Positions 1 to 10,517 of a stretch of 64,000 nt of DNA are shown here, one piece after another. The notes under the pieces were generated by a model. That model worked only from the letters and a program-made list of their open reading frames with translations. It did not search any database and was not told the DNA's origin. The number at the start of each line of letters is the position of its first letter. Position 1 is the stretch's first letter. This DNA is from Betaproteobacteria bacterium (GTDB lineage Bacteria > Pseudomonadota > Gammaproteobacteria > Burkholderiales > Usitatibacteraceae). The stretch is taken from assembly GCA_016790765.1 (NCBI GenBank), contig JAEUMZ010000149.1, forward strand, positions 39,245 through 103,244, given 5' to 3'. Made by a program: the position numbers and the translations under genes.

Positions 1-260
1 ACGCCGAGGAAGGGCTTGCTGCGCGCAGCCTCGCGCACCGCGCCCTCGAGGCCGCTGTCCTTCAGGAAGCGCATGCAGTCGGGCATCGCACCCTGGCCGG
101 GAAACACCACCCGGTCGGCGGTGCGTACGTCTTCAGGGTCGGACGATATCGCCACGCGCACGTCGAGCGATTCTTCGCGCGCAACGAATTCGAACGCCTT
201 GGCCACCGAACGCAGGTTGCCCATGCCGTAGTCGATGACGATCAGGGATTGGGGAGTCAT
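1..260 (-). CDS. hisH: imidazole glycerol phosphate synthase, glutamine amidotransferase subunit HisH (5' part; gene runs off the window)
   Basis: Own translation of the minus strand from the ATG at 258-260 gives [25 protein letters not shown]...[16 protein letters not shown], a typical HisH N-terminus. It lies directly downstream of hisB. It is absent from the ORF track because it is open at the window edge. Confidence 0.85.
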   Translation of the reverse strand, partial: MTPQSLIVIDYGMGNLRSVAKAFEFVAREESLDVRVAISSDPEDVRTADRVVFPGQGAMPDCMRFLKDSGLEGAVREAARSKPFLG

Positions 261-390
261 TCCACGGGCCACGGTGCTAGCCACAAACGAACGCCGATGC
301 ACGCAGGTTTTGTGAATGGTCCTGGCTGGCGGGCGCTTCGGCGTTGTCCGTGTTCATCTGTGTTCATCTGCGGCCCAGCTTCAGGCAAGA

Positions 391-978
391 CTACAGTGCA
401 CCTTTCGTCGACGGCAGCACCCCCACCGCGCGCGCGTCCTGCTCACACGCCATGCGCAGGGCGCGGCCGAAGGCCTTGAAGACGGTTTCGGCCTGGTGGT
501 GGGAGTTGACCCCGCGCAGGTTGTCGATGTGCAGCGTGGCGGCGGCGTGGTTGACGAATCCCTGGAAGAACTCGATGAACAGGTCGACGTCGAATTCGCC
601 GACGCGCGCGCGCGTGAAGTTGACGTGATAGCTGAGGCCCGGCCGGCCCGACAGGTCGATCACCACGCGCGACAGCGCCTCGTCGAGCGGCACGTAGGCG
701 TGGCCGTAGCGGCGGATGCCGGTCTTGTCGCCCAGCGCCTGCGCTACCGCCTGCCCGAGCGTGATGCCCACGTCCTCCACCGTGTGGTGCGCGTCGATGT
801 GCAGGTCGCCGGTGGCCTTCACGGTCAGGTCGATCAGGCCGTGGCGCGCCACCTGGTCGAGCATGTGGTCGAGGAACGGGATGCCGGTGTCGAGCGCGGC
901 GGCCCCCGTGCCGTCGAGGTTCACGGCGACCTTGATCTGCGTTTCCTTGGTGTTGCGGGTGATGTCGGCGGTTCTCAT
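391..978 (-). CDS. hisB: imidazoleglycerol-phosphate dehydratase
   Basis: 195-aa [28 protein letters not shown]...HHTVEDVGI...HH, the IGPD family pattern, in his operon context. Confidence 0.95.
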   Translation of the reverse strand: MRTADITRNTKETQIKVAVNLDGTGAAALDTGIPFLDHMLDQVARHGLIDLTVKATGDLHIDAHHTVEDVGITLGQAVAQALGDKTGIRRYGHAYVPLDEALSRVVIDLSGRPGLSYHVNFTRARVGEFDVDLFIEFFQGFVNHAAATLHIDNLRGVNSHHQAETVFKAFGRALRMACEQDARAVGVLPSTKGAL

Positions 979-984
979 GGCGTG

Positions 985-2058
985 TCAAACGGCCTGGCGC
1001 AGCGCGGCGAGCAGCGCGTCGTTTTCGTGCGGTGCGCCGATGGTCAGGCGCAGCGTGCCGGCCAGCAGGGGATGGGACTTCGACGTGTTCTTGACGAGGA
1101 TTCTAGCGGCAAGGAGTTTTTCGAACGTGGCCGCGGCATCCGCCACGCGGATCAGCACGAAGTTGGCCTGCGAGGGGTGCACCGTCACGCCGGGCAGGGT
1201 GCAGAGCGCGGCACGCACGCGCGCACGCTCCTCCACCAGGCCGCGCGCCTGCGCGAGGAGGCTCGCGTAGTGCGGAGGCGCGAGGGCAAAGGTGGCGGCC
1301 GCCTGGGTCAGTGCGTTGATGTTGTAGGGCAGCCTGACCTTGTCGAACTGCTCCAGCCATTCACGCCGGCCGACCAAAAGCCCCAGCCGCAGGCCCGCCA
1401 GCCCGAGCTTGGACACCGTGCGCATCAGCACGACGTTGTCGTGCTGCGCGACGTGGCCAAGAAAGTCCGTGTCGGCATACGCGAAGTAGGCCTCGTCGAT
1501 CACCACCAGCGCACCCACCGCGCGCGCCGCCTCGATCGTGGCCTCGATGTCTTCGGGCGGGAAGGCATTGCCTGTGGGATTGTTGGGCGAGGCGAGGAAG
1601 ATGAGCGCCGGCCGGGTGTCGCGAATCGCCGCCCGCCACGCCGAGCGGTCGAGCGTGAAGTCCGGGTTGAGCGGCACGCCCGTGTACCCGAGGCCGGCAT
1701 AGGTGGCGATCATGCGGAACATCACGAACGCCGGCTCCACCGACAGGATCGTGGCCCCCGGTCGCGCCACCGCCAGCGCCAGCAACTGGATGATCTCGTC
1801 CGAGCCGTTGCCGAGCAGGATGTCGAGCGCGTCCGGAATGCGCATCGCGCGGCGCAGCGCGGCCTTCAGTTCGGCGGCGTCCGCACTCGGGTAGCGGTTC
1901 AGCGACGCGCCGGCCAGCGCGTCGGCGAGCCCGGCGCGCAGCGACGCGGGAAACGCGAACGGACTTTCCATGGCATCGAGCTTGATGAATCCGCGCGCGT
2001 CGGCCACCGGGTAGGCGTGGAGTGCGCGGATCTCGTCGCGCACCAGGTCGGCGTTCAT
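985..2058 (-). CDS. hisC: histidinol-phosphate aminotransferase
   Basis: 357 aa with a class-II aminotransferase layout and the PLP-lysine region [19 protein letters not shown] start/stop overlap with hisD at 2055-2058. Confidence 0.93.
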   Translation of the reverse strand: MNADLVRDEIRALHAYPVADARGFIKLDAMESPFAFPASLRAGLADALAGASLNRYPSADAAELKAALRRAMRIPDALDILLGNGSDEIIQLLALAVARPGATILSVEPAFVMFRMIATYAGLGYTGVPLNPDFTLDRSAWRAAIRDTRPALIFLASPNNPTGNAFPPEDIEATIEAARAVGALVVIDEAYFAYADTDFLGHVAQHDNVVLMRTVSKLGLAGLRLGLLVGRREWLEQFDKVRLPYNINALTQAAATFALAPPHYASLLAQARGLVEERARVRAALCTLPGVTVHPSQANFVLIRVADAAATFEKLLAARILVKNTSKSHPLLAGTLRLTIGAPHENDALLAALRQAV

Positions 2059-3356
2059 GGCGGCGCGTAGCGGATGTCGGCCGAGCGCGCGTGTGCCTCC
2101 AGGCCCTCGGCGCGTGCCAGGGCCGCGGCGGTGGGGCCCAGTGTGCGCGCGCCGGCCGCCGACACCTGGAGGATCGAGGAGCGCTTCTGGAAGTCATGCA
2201 CGCCCAGCGGCGAGGAGAATCGCGCGGTGCGCGCCGTGGGCAGCACGTGGTTCGGGCCGGCGCAGTAGTCGCCCAGCGCCTCGGAAGAGTGTGCGCCGAT
2301 GAAGATCGCGCCGGCGTGGCGGATTCTCGGCACCCACGCGCCGGCCCCGGCGCATTGCAGCTCGAGGTGCTCCGGCGCGATCGTGTTGGCCAGGTCCACC
2401 GCCTCGGCGAGGTCGCGCACCTCGATCAGCGCGCCGCGGTTTTCGATGGATGCGCGCGCGATGGCCGCGCGCGGCAATGTGTCCACCTGCCGCGCCAGCG
2501 ACGCCGCCACGCGGTCGAGCAGGGCGCGGTCGGGCGAGACCAGGATCGCCTGTGCAATCTCGTCGTGCTCGGCCTGCGACAAGAGGTCAATGGCCAGCCA
2601 GTCGGCGTTCGCGGCGCCGTCGGCGATGATGAGGATCTCCGAGGGCCCGGCGACCATGTCGATGCCGACCACGCCGAACACCTGCCGCTTGGCCGCCGCC
2701 ACATAGGCGTTGCCGGGGCCGACGATCTTGTCCACGGCGGGGATGGTCGGCGTGCCCCAGGCCAGCGCGGCGACGGCCTGTGCGCCGCCCACGGCGAACA
2801 CGCGGTCGACGCCCGCCAGGGCCGCGGCGGCCAGCACCGTGTCGTTGCGCGCGCCGTCCGGCGTCGGCGTGACCATCAGGATCTCGCCCACGCCGGCGAC
2901 CTTGGCCGCCACGGCATTCATCAGCACCGACGACGGGTATGCGGCCTTGCCGCCCGGCACGTAGAGGCCGGCGCGGTCCAGCGGCATGACCTGCTGCCCG
3001 AGGACCGTGCCGTCCGGTTCGGTGAATTGCCACGAGGGTTGGCGCTGCCGCTCGTGGAAGGCGCGAATGCGACGGTGCGCGGTGTCGAGCGCCGCGCGCA
3101 GCGCCGGATCCAGCGCATCGAGCGCGCGGTGCAGGTCGGCGCGCGGAATTTCCAACGCCGCGGGCGAAGGTGGCGACCAGCGGTCGAAGCGCTGCGTGAA
3201 TTCGAGCAGGGCCGCATCGCCGTCGCGCCGGACGCGCTCGATCACCTCGCGGGCCACCGCATCGACGCGCGCGTCTAGCGTGTTCTCGAAGGCGAGCAAT
3301 GCGTCGATCGCCTCGCGGAATCCGGCTTCCTGCGAGGACAGGCGGCGAATTTTCAT
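2055..3356 (-). CDS. hisD: histidinol dehydrogenase
   Basis: 433 aa with LLSQAEHDE and [13 protein letters not shown] motifs, in his operon context. Confidence 0.95.
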   Translation of the reverse strand: MKIRRLSSQEAGFREAIDALLAFENTLDARVDAVAREVIERVRRDGDAALLEFTQRFDRWSPPSPAALEIPRADLHRALDALDPALRAALDTAHRRIRAFHERQRQPSWQFTEPDGTVLGQQVMPLDRAGLYVPGGKAAYPSSVLMNAVAAKVAGVGEILMVTPTPDGARNDTVLAAAALAGVDRVFAVGGAQAVAALAWGTPTIPAVDKIVGPGNAYVAAAKRQVFGVVGIDMVAGPSEILIIADGAANADWLAIDLLSQAEHDEIAQAILVSPDRALLDRVAASLARQVDTLPRAAIARASIENRGALIEVRDLAEAVDLANTIAPEHLELQCAGAGAWVPRIRHAGAIFIGAHSSEALGDYCAGPNHVLPTARTARFSSPLGVHDFQKRSSILQVSAAGARTLGPTAAALARAEGLEAHARSADIRYAPP

Positions 3357-3369
3357 ACCACAGCCCCAT

Positions 3370-3437
3370 CAAACCCAAGCGCGGACGCCGCTTCCCGGGC
3401 GAAAAGGGCCGGAACGCCGCGTCCGCGCTTGGGTTTG
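3370..3437. repeat. REP-like extragenic palindromic element, copy A (hisG-hisD spacer)
   Basis: 19-bp perfect stem (3370-3388 with 3419-3437). The loop carries GAAAAGGGCCGGAACGCCGCG, which is also present in the reverse complement of copy B. Confidence 0.6.
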
Positions 3438-3456
3438 CTGATCAAGAGTGGGAGAT

Positions 3457-4098
3457 TCATGCCACCGCCCGTTCGAACGCAGCGATCACCGGCTGCAGGC
3501 GCGCGCGCTTGACCTTCATCGCCGCGCGATTGGCGATCAGGCGCGAGGAGATCGGCATGATCTCCTCGACGGCAACCAGCTGGTTGGCCTTGAGCGTGCT
3601 GCCGGTGGACACCAGGTCGACGATCGCGTCGGCCAGCCCGGTGAGCGGCGCCAGTTCCATCGAGCCGTAAAGCTTGATGAGGTTCACGTGCAGGCCCTTG
3701 GCGGCGAAGTGCTCGCGCGCGGTGTCCACGTACTTGGTGGCCACGTTGAGCCGCGCCCCGCGGCGCACCGCGCTGGCGTAGTCGAAATCCGCGCGCGTGG
3801 CGACCATCATGCGGCACTTGCCGATCTTGAGGTCCAGCGGTTGGTAGAGCCCGACGCCGGAATGCTCCAGCAGCACGTCCTTGCCCGCCACGCCGAGGTC
3901 GGCCGCGCCGTGGCTCACGTAGGTCGGCGTGTCGGAGGCGCGCACGATCACGATGCGCACGTCGGGCACGTTGGTGGTGAGGATGAGCTTCCGCGAGGTC
4001 TCGGGGTCGTCGGCCGGCACGATGCCCGCCGTGGCCAGCAGCGGCAGCGTTTCCTCGTAGATGCGTCCTTTCGAAAGGGCCAGCGTGATCATGGTCAT
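3457..4098 (-). CDS. hisG: ATP phosphoribosyltransferase, short form (213 aa)
   Basis: The C-terminal 213 aa of track ORF 3457..4764, from the internal ATG at 4096-4098: [21 protein letters not shown]...[12 protein letters not shown]. The upstream extension would overlap murA and was rejected. At this length it lacks the C-terminal regulatory domain, so a HisZ partner is expected elsewhere (established knowledge). Confidence 0.9.
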   Translation of the reverse strand: MTMITLALSKGRIYEETLPLLATAGIVPADDPETSRKLILTTNVPDVRIVIVRASDTPTYVSHGAADLGVAGKDVLLEHSGVGLYQPLDLKIGKCRMMVATRADFDYASAVRRGARLNVATKYVDTAREHFAAKGLHVNLIKLYGSMELAPLTGLADAIVDLVSTGSTLKANQLVAVEEIMPISSRLIANRAAMKVKRARLQPVIAAFERAVA

Positions 4099-4100
4099 GG

Positions 4101-5613
<1,513 letters not shown>

Positions 5614-5637
5614 GAGATCGGGCTCCCCGGGGAGCCT

Positions 5638-6393
5638 TCAGTGACGTAACTTGTAGCCCGATTTTATCAAGTAAAGCGTGACCGCCGAAAGGCACAGGAA
5701 CGACAGCACGGTGACCGACAGTGACAGCGAAATGGCGACATCGGATTGTCCGAAGAAGCCGTAGCGAAAACCGTCGATGAGGTAGAAGAACGGGTTGCAG
5801 CGCGACACCGCCTGCCAGACCGGCGGCAGCGACTGGATGGAATAGAACACGCCGGCCAGGAACGTGAGCGGCATGACGATGAAGTTCTGGAACGCCGCCA
5901 GCTGGTCGAACTTCTCCGCCCACAGGCCGGCGATGAGGCCCAGCGCGGCCAGCAGGCCGGAGCCGAGCAGCGCGAAGGCCAGGATCGCCCACGGGTGGGC
6001 CACCGGCACGTGCGCCACCAGCACCCCGACCAGGAACACGCCCAGCCCGACGGCCAGCGCACGCGCCGTGGCGGCGATGACATAGGCGAAATAGTAGTCC
6101 CAGTGCGTCAGCGGCGGCAGCAGGATGAAGATGATGTTGCCGGTGATCTTCGACTGGATCAGCGAGGAGGACGTGTTGGCGAAGGCGTTTTGCAGCATCG
6201 ACATCATCGCCAGGCCCGGGATCAGGAACTGGTCGTAGGCCACGCCGCGGAAGGCGGCATTCGATTCCGCCATCACGTGCGCAAAGATCAGCAAGTACAG
6301 GAGCGCGGTCAGCACCGGCGCGGCGATGGTCTGGAAGGCCACCTTCCAGAAACGCAGGATTTCCTTGGTCAGCAGGGTGAGGAAGCCGGTCAT
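5638..6393 (-). CDS. ABC-2 type transporter permease
   Basis: Internal ATG at 6391-6393 gives MTGFLTLLTKEILRFWKVAFQT... with 6 predicted TM segments. ATGA overlap with the upstream ATPase stop. The longer 349-aa track ORF was rejected. Confidence 0.85.
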   Translation of the reverse strand: MTGFLTLLTKEILRFWKVAFQTIAAPVLTALLYLLIFAHVMAESNAAFRGVAYDQFLIPGLAMMSMLQNAFANTSSSLIQSKITGNIIFILLPPLTHWDYYFAYVIAATARALAVGLGVFLVGVLVAHVPVAHPWAILAFALLGSGLLAALGLIAGLWAEKFDQLAAFQNFIVMPLTFLAGVFYSIQSLPPVWQAVSRCNPFFYLIDGFRYGFFGQSDVAISLSLSVTVLSFLCLSAVTLYLIKSGYKLRH

Positions 6394-7292
6394 CGGTGCA
6401 TGAGCTTGACGAACACGTCCTCGAGGTCGGGTTCCGACACCTCGATGGCGGACGGGGTGACACCGGCTTCGCGCAGCCAGCGCAGGCGCGACTCGACTTC
6501 CGTCGTGTCGTGCAGCGCGAAAGTGTGCCAGTGGCCCTCGCTCTTGCGCGCCTCGCGGGCCACCGGCGCCGGCAGGGTGGCCGCGACCTCGACGCGCAGC
6601 ACGCGCTCGGAGAAGGCGGTCAACAGGTGCTGCGTGGTGTCGAGCGCCACCACGCGGCCCTGCTTGAGCATGGCGATGCGCGTGCACAGCTGCTGCGCCT
6701 CTTCAAGGTAGTGCGTGGTGAGCAGGATGGTGCGGCCTTCGGCGTTCAGGCGGCGGACGAACTGCCACAGCGTCTGGCGCAGCTCCACGTCCACGCCTGC
6801 GGTCGGTTCGTCGAGCACGATCACCGGCGGTTTGTGCACCAGGGCCTGGGCGACCAGCACGCGGCGCTTCATGCCACCGGACAGCTGGCGCATGTTGGCA
6901 TCGGCCTTGTCGGTGAGGGCGAGGTTGGCGAGCAGTTCGTCGATCCAGGCGTCAAGCGCGCGGGTGCGGGGCAGGCCGAAATAGCCGGCCTGGAAGCGCA
7001 ACGTCTCGACCACCGAGAAAAACGGGTCGAAGACGATTTCCTGCGGCACGATGCCCAGCGCGCGGCGCGCGGCGCGGTAGTCCGTGACGACGTCGTGCCC
7101 CATCACCTTGAGTGTGCCGTGATCGGCGCGCGTCAAGCCGGCCAGCGCGGAGATCAGCGTGGTTTTGCCCGCGCCGTTGGGGCCGAGCAGGGCGAAGAAC
7201 TCGCCTTCGCGGACTTCCAGCGAGACGCCGTCGAGCGCCGCCAGCGAACCGTAGCGTTTCTCGACGCCCAGCGCCTCGATGGCGGCCGTCAC
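6390..7292 (-). CDS. ABC transporter ATP-binding protein (ABC-2 exporter partner)
   Basis: Walker A GPNGAGKTT, signature LSGGMKRR, Walker B VIVLDEPT. GTG start at 7290-7292 (VTAAIEALGVEKRYG) overlaps the mlaB stop (GTGA). The Arg-rich N-terminal extension of the track ORF was rejected. Confidence 0.88.
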   Translation of the reverse strand: MTAAIEALGVEKRYGSLAALDGVSLEVREGEFFALLGPNGAGKTTLISALAGLTRADHGTLKVMGHDVVTDYRAARRALGIVPQEIVFDPFFSVVETLRFQAGYFGLPRTRALDAWIDELLANLALTDKADANMRQLSGGMKRRVLVAQALVHKPPVIVLDEPTAGVDVELRQTLWQFVRRLNAEGRTILLTTHYLEEAQQLCTRIAMLKQGRVVALDTTQHLLTAFSERVLRVEVAATLPAPVAREARKSEGHWHTFALHDTTEVESRLRWLREAGVTPSAIEVSEPDLEDVFVKLMHR

Positions 7293-7615
7293 GGCCCGGG
7301 GCGGGCGCCGGGGCAATGGATGAGGTGGTCCACCCCGTAGAGCTCGGCCAGCGACTGCAGGTTGGCGGGCAGGTGCACGTAGCGCAATGCCTTGCCGAGG
7401 CGCTCGGCCGCGCGCCGCCAATGCAGCATCAGGGCCACGGCCGAGGAATCGATCTCGGTCACGTGCGCGAAATCGATGGCCAGGCAATCCGGCAGCGCAT
7501 CCTGGCGCGCATAGGCGGTGGTCTCCGCCAGCAGGCGCGGCATGCTCGCCAGGTTGAGCGCCCCCTCCAGCTGCAGGACTTCGCCGACGACAGTGGACGA
7601 CAGCGGGGTGTTCAT
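7289..7615 (-). CDS. mlaB: STAS-domain protein, MlaB-like
   Basis: 108 aa with an anti-sigma-antagonist/STAS-like pattern (IDFAHVTEIDSSAVALML). Last gene of the mla operon. Confidence 0.75.
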   Translation of the reverse strand: MNTPLSSTVVGEVLQLEGALNLASMPRLLAETTAYARQDALPDCLAIDFAHVTEIDSSAVALMLHWRRAAERLGKALRYVHLPANLQSLAELYGVDHLIHCPGARPGP

Positions 7616-7618
7616 CGA

Positions 7619-8239
7619 CTAGGAGCCGGCCTTGGCGGCGTTCCTGGCATTGCGCTCGGACAGCGATTTCACCAGGCCATCGATGCCGGACTTCTGGATT
7701 TCGGTGTTGAACGAGCTCCGGTAGTTGGTCACCAGCGACACGCCGTCGATCAGCACGTCATAGGCTTTCCAGCCGTTGGCGGTCTTCTCCATGGAGTAGT
7801 CGATCGGTACCGGCTGCCCGCCTGGTTGGTTGATCAGGGTCTTGACCACCACCTCGGTGTCGGCGGGTGCCAGCTTGAGCGGCTTGACGTCGATGGTCTG
7901 GTTGCGGAACTGCGTGAGCGATGTCGAGTAGGTGCGCACTAGCAGCGTGCGGAACTCGTCGGTCAGCGCCTTCTTCTGCGCATCGCTGGCATCGCGCCAG
8001 TTGCGTCCGACCGCCAGTTGCGTCATGCGCGGGAAATTGAAGTACGGAAGGATCTTTTCTTCCGCCAGCTTTTCGATCTTCTTCTGGTTGCCGGCGGCGA
8101 GATCTTTGTCGGCCTTGATGGCGGCCAGCACGTCCTGCGTGTTGCGACGCACCAGTTCATCGGGCGCGTCCTGCGCCGCCGCGGCCATCGAAAACGCCAG
8201 CAGGCCGGTGGCCAGGTGCGCGGAAAGTTTCTTGATCAT
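7619..8239 (-). CDS. mlaC: phospholipid-binding periplasmic protein MlaC (Ttg2D family)
   Basis: ATG at 8237-8239 gives MIKKLSAHLATGLLAFSMAAAAQ (signal peptide). SD-like GAGGA lies upstream. Toluene-tolerance Ttg2D-like body. Confidence 0.85.
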   Translation of the reverse strand: MIKKLSAHLATGLLAFSMAAAAQDAPDELVRRNTQDVLAAIKADKDLAAGNQKKIEKLAEEKILPYFNFPRMTQLAVGRNWRDASDAQKKALTDEFRTLLVRTYSTSLTQFRNQTIDVKPLKLAPADTEVVVKTLINQPGGQPVPIDYSMEKTANGWKAYDVLIDGVSLVTNYRSSFNTEIQKSGIDGLVKSLSERNARNAAKAGS

Positions 8240-8306
8240 GAGGTCCTCTGGGAACGATGGGTGGAGTGCCGGCAATCAACGCGTGGGGTCGGGGGCGGTT
8301 TACCGC

Positions 8307-8786
8307 CTACTTCTTGTCCTTGTCGCCCGCGCCTTCGGACGCCTTGCTGAACATCATCTGGCCGATCAGCCGTTCCAGCACCACCGCCGACTGGGTGAGC
8401 GTGATCTTGTCGCCCGCGCCAAGCATCTTGTCGTCGCCGCCGGCATCGAGCCCGACGTACACCTCGCCAAGCAGCCCGGAAGTCAGGATCGACGCACTGG
8501 TGTCCTTCGGGAACTTGTAGCCGGCGTCGAGGGCCAGCGTGGCGACCGCCTGGAATTTCTGGTTGTCGAAGCGGATGTCGGTCACGCGGCCGACCAGCAC
8601 GCCCGCGCTCTTGACCGGCGCCTTGAACTTCAGGCCGCCGATGTTCTCGAAGCGCGCCTCGACGTTATAGGTGGCCCGCGTACGCTCGCTGTTGAGGTCG
8701 CCGACCTGCAGGGCGAGGAATGCCAAGGCGAGGAACCCGCCGATGATGAACAGGCCCACCCAAAAATCGTATTTGCTCTTTTCCAT
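8307..8786 (-). CDS. mlaD: outer-membrane lipid asymmetry protein MlaD (MCE domain)
   Basis: 159 aa with N-terminal TM VGLFIIGGFLALAFLAL followed by an MCE domain (FENIGGLKFKAPVKSAGVLVGRV). Confidence 0.9.
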   Translation of the reverse strand: MEKSKYDFWVGLFIIGGFLALAFLALQVGDLNSERTRATYNVEARFENIGGLKFKAPVKSAGVLVGRVTDIRFDNQKFQAVATLALDAGYKFPKDTSASILTSGLLGEVYVGLDAGGDDKMLGAGDKITLTQSAVVLERLIGQMMFSKASEGAGDKDKK

Positions 8787-8804
8787 GATTGAAGTTTCCT
8801 GTCG

Positions 8805-9590
8805 TCAATGCGGCGTGCGCAGCATGAAACCGGTCAGCACCAAGTCCAGTGCCAGGACCGACAGTGCGGAGGTCACCACGGTGCGCGTGGTGGCCGCCGA
8901 AACGCCCTCCGCGGTCGGGTCGGCGTCAAAACCCTCGAACGTGGCGATCGTGGCAATCGCAACGCCGAACACCACCGACTTGACCACGCCATTGAGGACA
9001 TCGTATCGGACGTCGACCGCCGCCTGCATGTTGCCCCAGAACACGCCGCCGTCGATGCCGATCAGGATCTTGGCCACCACGAACGCCCCGAAGATGCCCG
9101 CGGCCGAAAACAATGCGGCGAGGAGCGGCATGGAGATCACACCGGCCCAGAAGCGCGGTGCCACCACCCGCGCGATGGGATCGATCGCCATCATGTCCAT
9201 CGCCTTGAGCTGCTCGGTGGTCTTCATCAAACCGATTTCCGCGGTGATCGCCGAGCCGGCGCGGCTGGCGAACAACAGGGCAGACACCACCGGCCCGAGT
9301 TCGCGCACCAGCGACAGCGCGGCCAGTACGCCCATCTGCTCCTGGGCACCATACTTCTGCAGGGTCTCGAAGCCCTGCAACCCCAGCACCATGCCGACAA
9401 ACATGCCCGAGACCATGATGATCACCAGCGACATCACGCCGGAAAAGTAAATCTCGCGCAGCGTCAGCCGCGGGCGCTTGAGGCTCGCGCCGGTGTGCAT
9501 CAGCACCTGCGCGAGGAAGCGTGCGCGCCGCCCGGCGCGCACAAACGCCGCGATGGCGCGTCGTCCCAGCAGGGAAACGGCCTCGATCAT
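8805..9590 (-). CDS. mlaE: phospholipid ABC transporter permease MlaE
   Basis: The last 261 aa of track ORF 8805..11327, from the ATG at 9588-9590 (MIEAVSLLGRRAIAAF...). Overlaps the mlaF stop by 4 nt. Polytopic membrane protein. Confidence 0.9.
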   Translation of the reverse strand: MIEAVSLLGRRAIAAFVRAGRRARFLAQVLMHTGASLKRPRLTLREIYFSGVMSLVIIMVSGMFVGMVLGLQGFETLQKYGAQEQMGVLAALSLVRELGPVVSALLFASRAGSAITAEIGLMKTTEQLKAMDMMAIDPIARVVAPRFWAGVISMPLLAALFSAAGIFGAFVVAKILIGIDGGVFWGNMQAAVDVRYDVLNGVVKSVVFGVAIATIATFEGFDADPTAEGVSAATTRTVVTSALSVLALDLVLTGFMLRTPH

Positions 9591-10420
9591 GACGATGCGC
9601 CGCCGTTGAAGCCCAGATCCGCGGCATACGGCCGTGACGGGTAATGGAATGGCACTGGTCCGTCGAGTTCGGCATGCACGAACTGCTTGATGAAGGGCTC
9701 CGACGAGGCGCGGATCTCGACCGGCGTGCCGTGGCCGACGATGCGCCCGTCGGAGATGAAATACATGTAGTCGACGATTTGCATCGACTCCAGTACGTCG
9801 TGCGTGACGACAATGGATGTGATGCCGAGCGCATCGTTGAGCCTGCGGATGGTCTGTCCGACCACCGCGAGCGAGATCGGGTCGAGGCCGGCAAACGGCT
9901 CGTCGTACATCATGAGCATCGGGTCGAGCGCAATGGCGCGCGCCAGCGCAACGCGGCGGCCCATGCCACCGGAGAGTTCCGACGGATACATGCCCGCCGC
10001 GCCGCGCAGGCCCACGGCATTGAGCTTCATCAGCACCAGGTCGCGGATCATGTCCTCGGGCAGGCCGGTGTGTTCGCGCAGCTGGAACGCCACGTTGTCG
10101 AACACCGTCATGTCGGTGAACAGGGCGCCGAACTGGAACAGCATGCCCATCTTGCGACGCAGCGCGTACAGGTCGTCCTTTTCCAACGCGCCGACATCCT
10201 GGCCATCGACGTGAACGCTGCCGCGGCTGGCCTTGAGCTGCCCGCCGATCAGTCGCAGCAGCGTGGTCTTGCCGCAGCCGGAGCCGCCCATGATGGCCAC
10301 CAGCTTGCCGCGCGGCACGGACAAGGAGATGCCCTTGAGGATCGAGCGGGCGCCGTAGGCGAAATCGGCATCGCGAATGTCGACCAGCGGCGGTGGAGGG
10401 GGGGCGTTGGAGTCGGACAC
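9587..10420 (-). CDS. mlaF: phospholipid ABC transporter ATP-binding protein MlaF
   Basis: 277 aa with Walker A GGSGCGKTT, signature LSGGMGRRVALARA and Walker B MMYDEPFAGLDP. Confidence 0.93.
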   Translation of the reverse strand: MSDSNAPPPPPLVDIRDADFAYGARSILKGISLSVPRGKLVAIMGGSGCGKTTLLRLIGGQLKASRGSVHVDGQDVGALEKDDLYALRRKMGMLFQFGALFTDMTVFDNVAFQLREHTGLPEDMIRDLVLMKLNAVGLRGAAGMYPSELSGGMGRRVALARAIALDPMLMMYDEPFAGLDPISLAVVGQTIRRLNDALGITSIVVTHDVLESMQIVDYMYFISDGRIVGHGTPVEIRASSEPFIKQFVHAELDGPVPFHYPSRPYAADLGFNGGASS

Positions 10421-10517
10421 GTGGAACGGTTCGAACGGGGCGTCGGGCCGGCATGCGCGGCAGGTTTCGCGGCGCGCAAGGGGTGCATTCTAACATTCGC
10501 ATGCGGCACGGCCCTGC

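Noticed and set aside
316-2070. 584-aa plus-strand ORF covering hisB and hisC
   Set aside because: It is antisense to two well-supported his genes. The product is Arg/Gly/His/Val-rich low-complexity sequence typical of GC-driven shadow ORFs, with no motifs.
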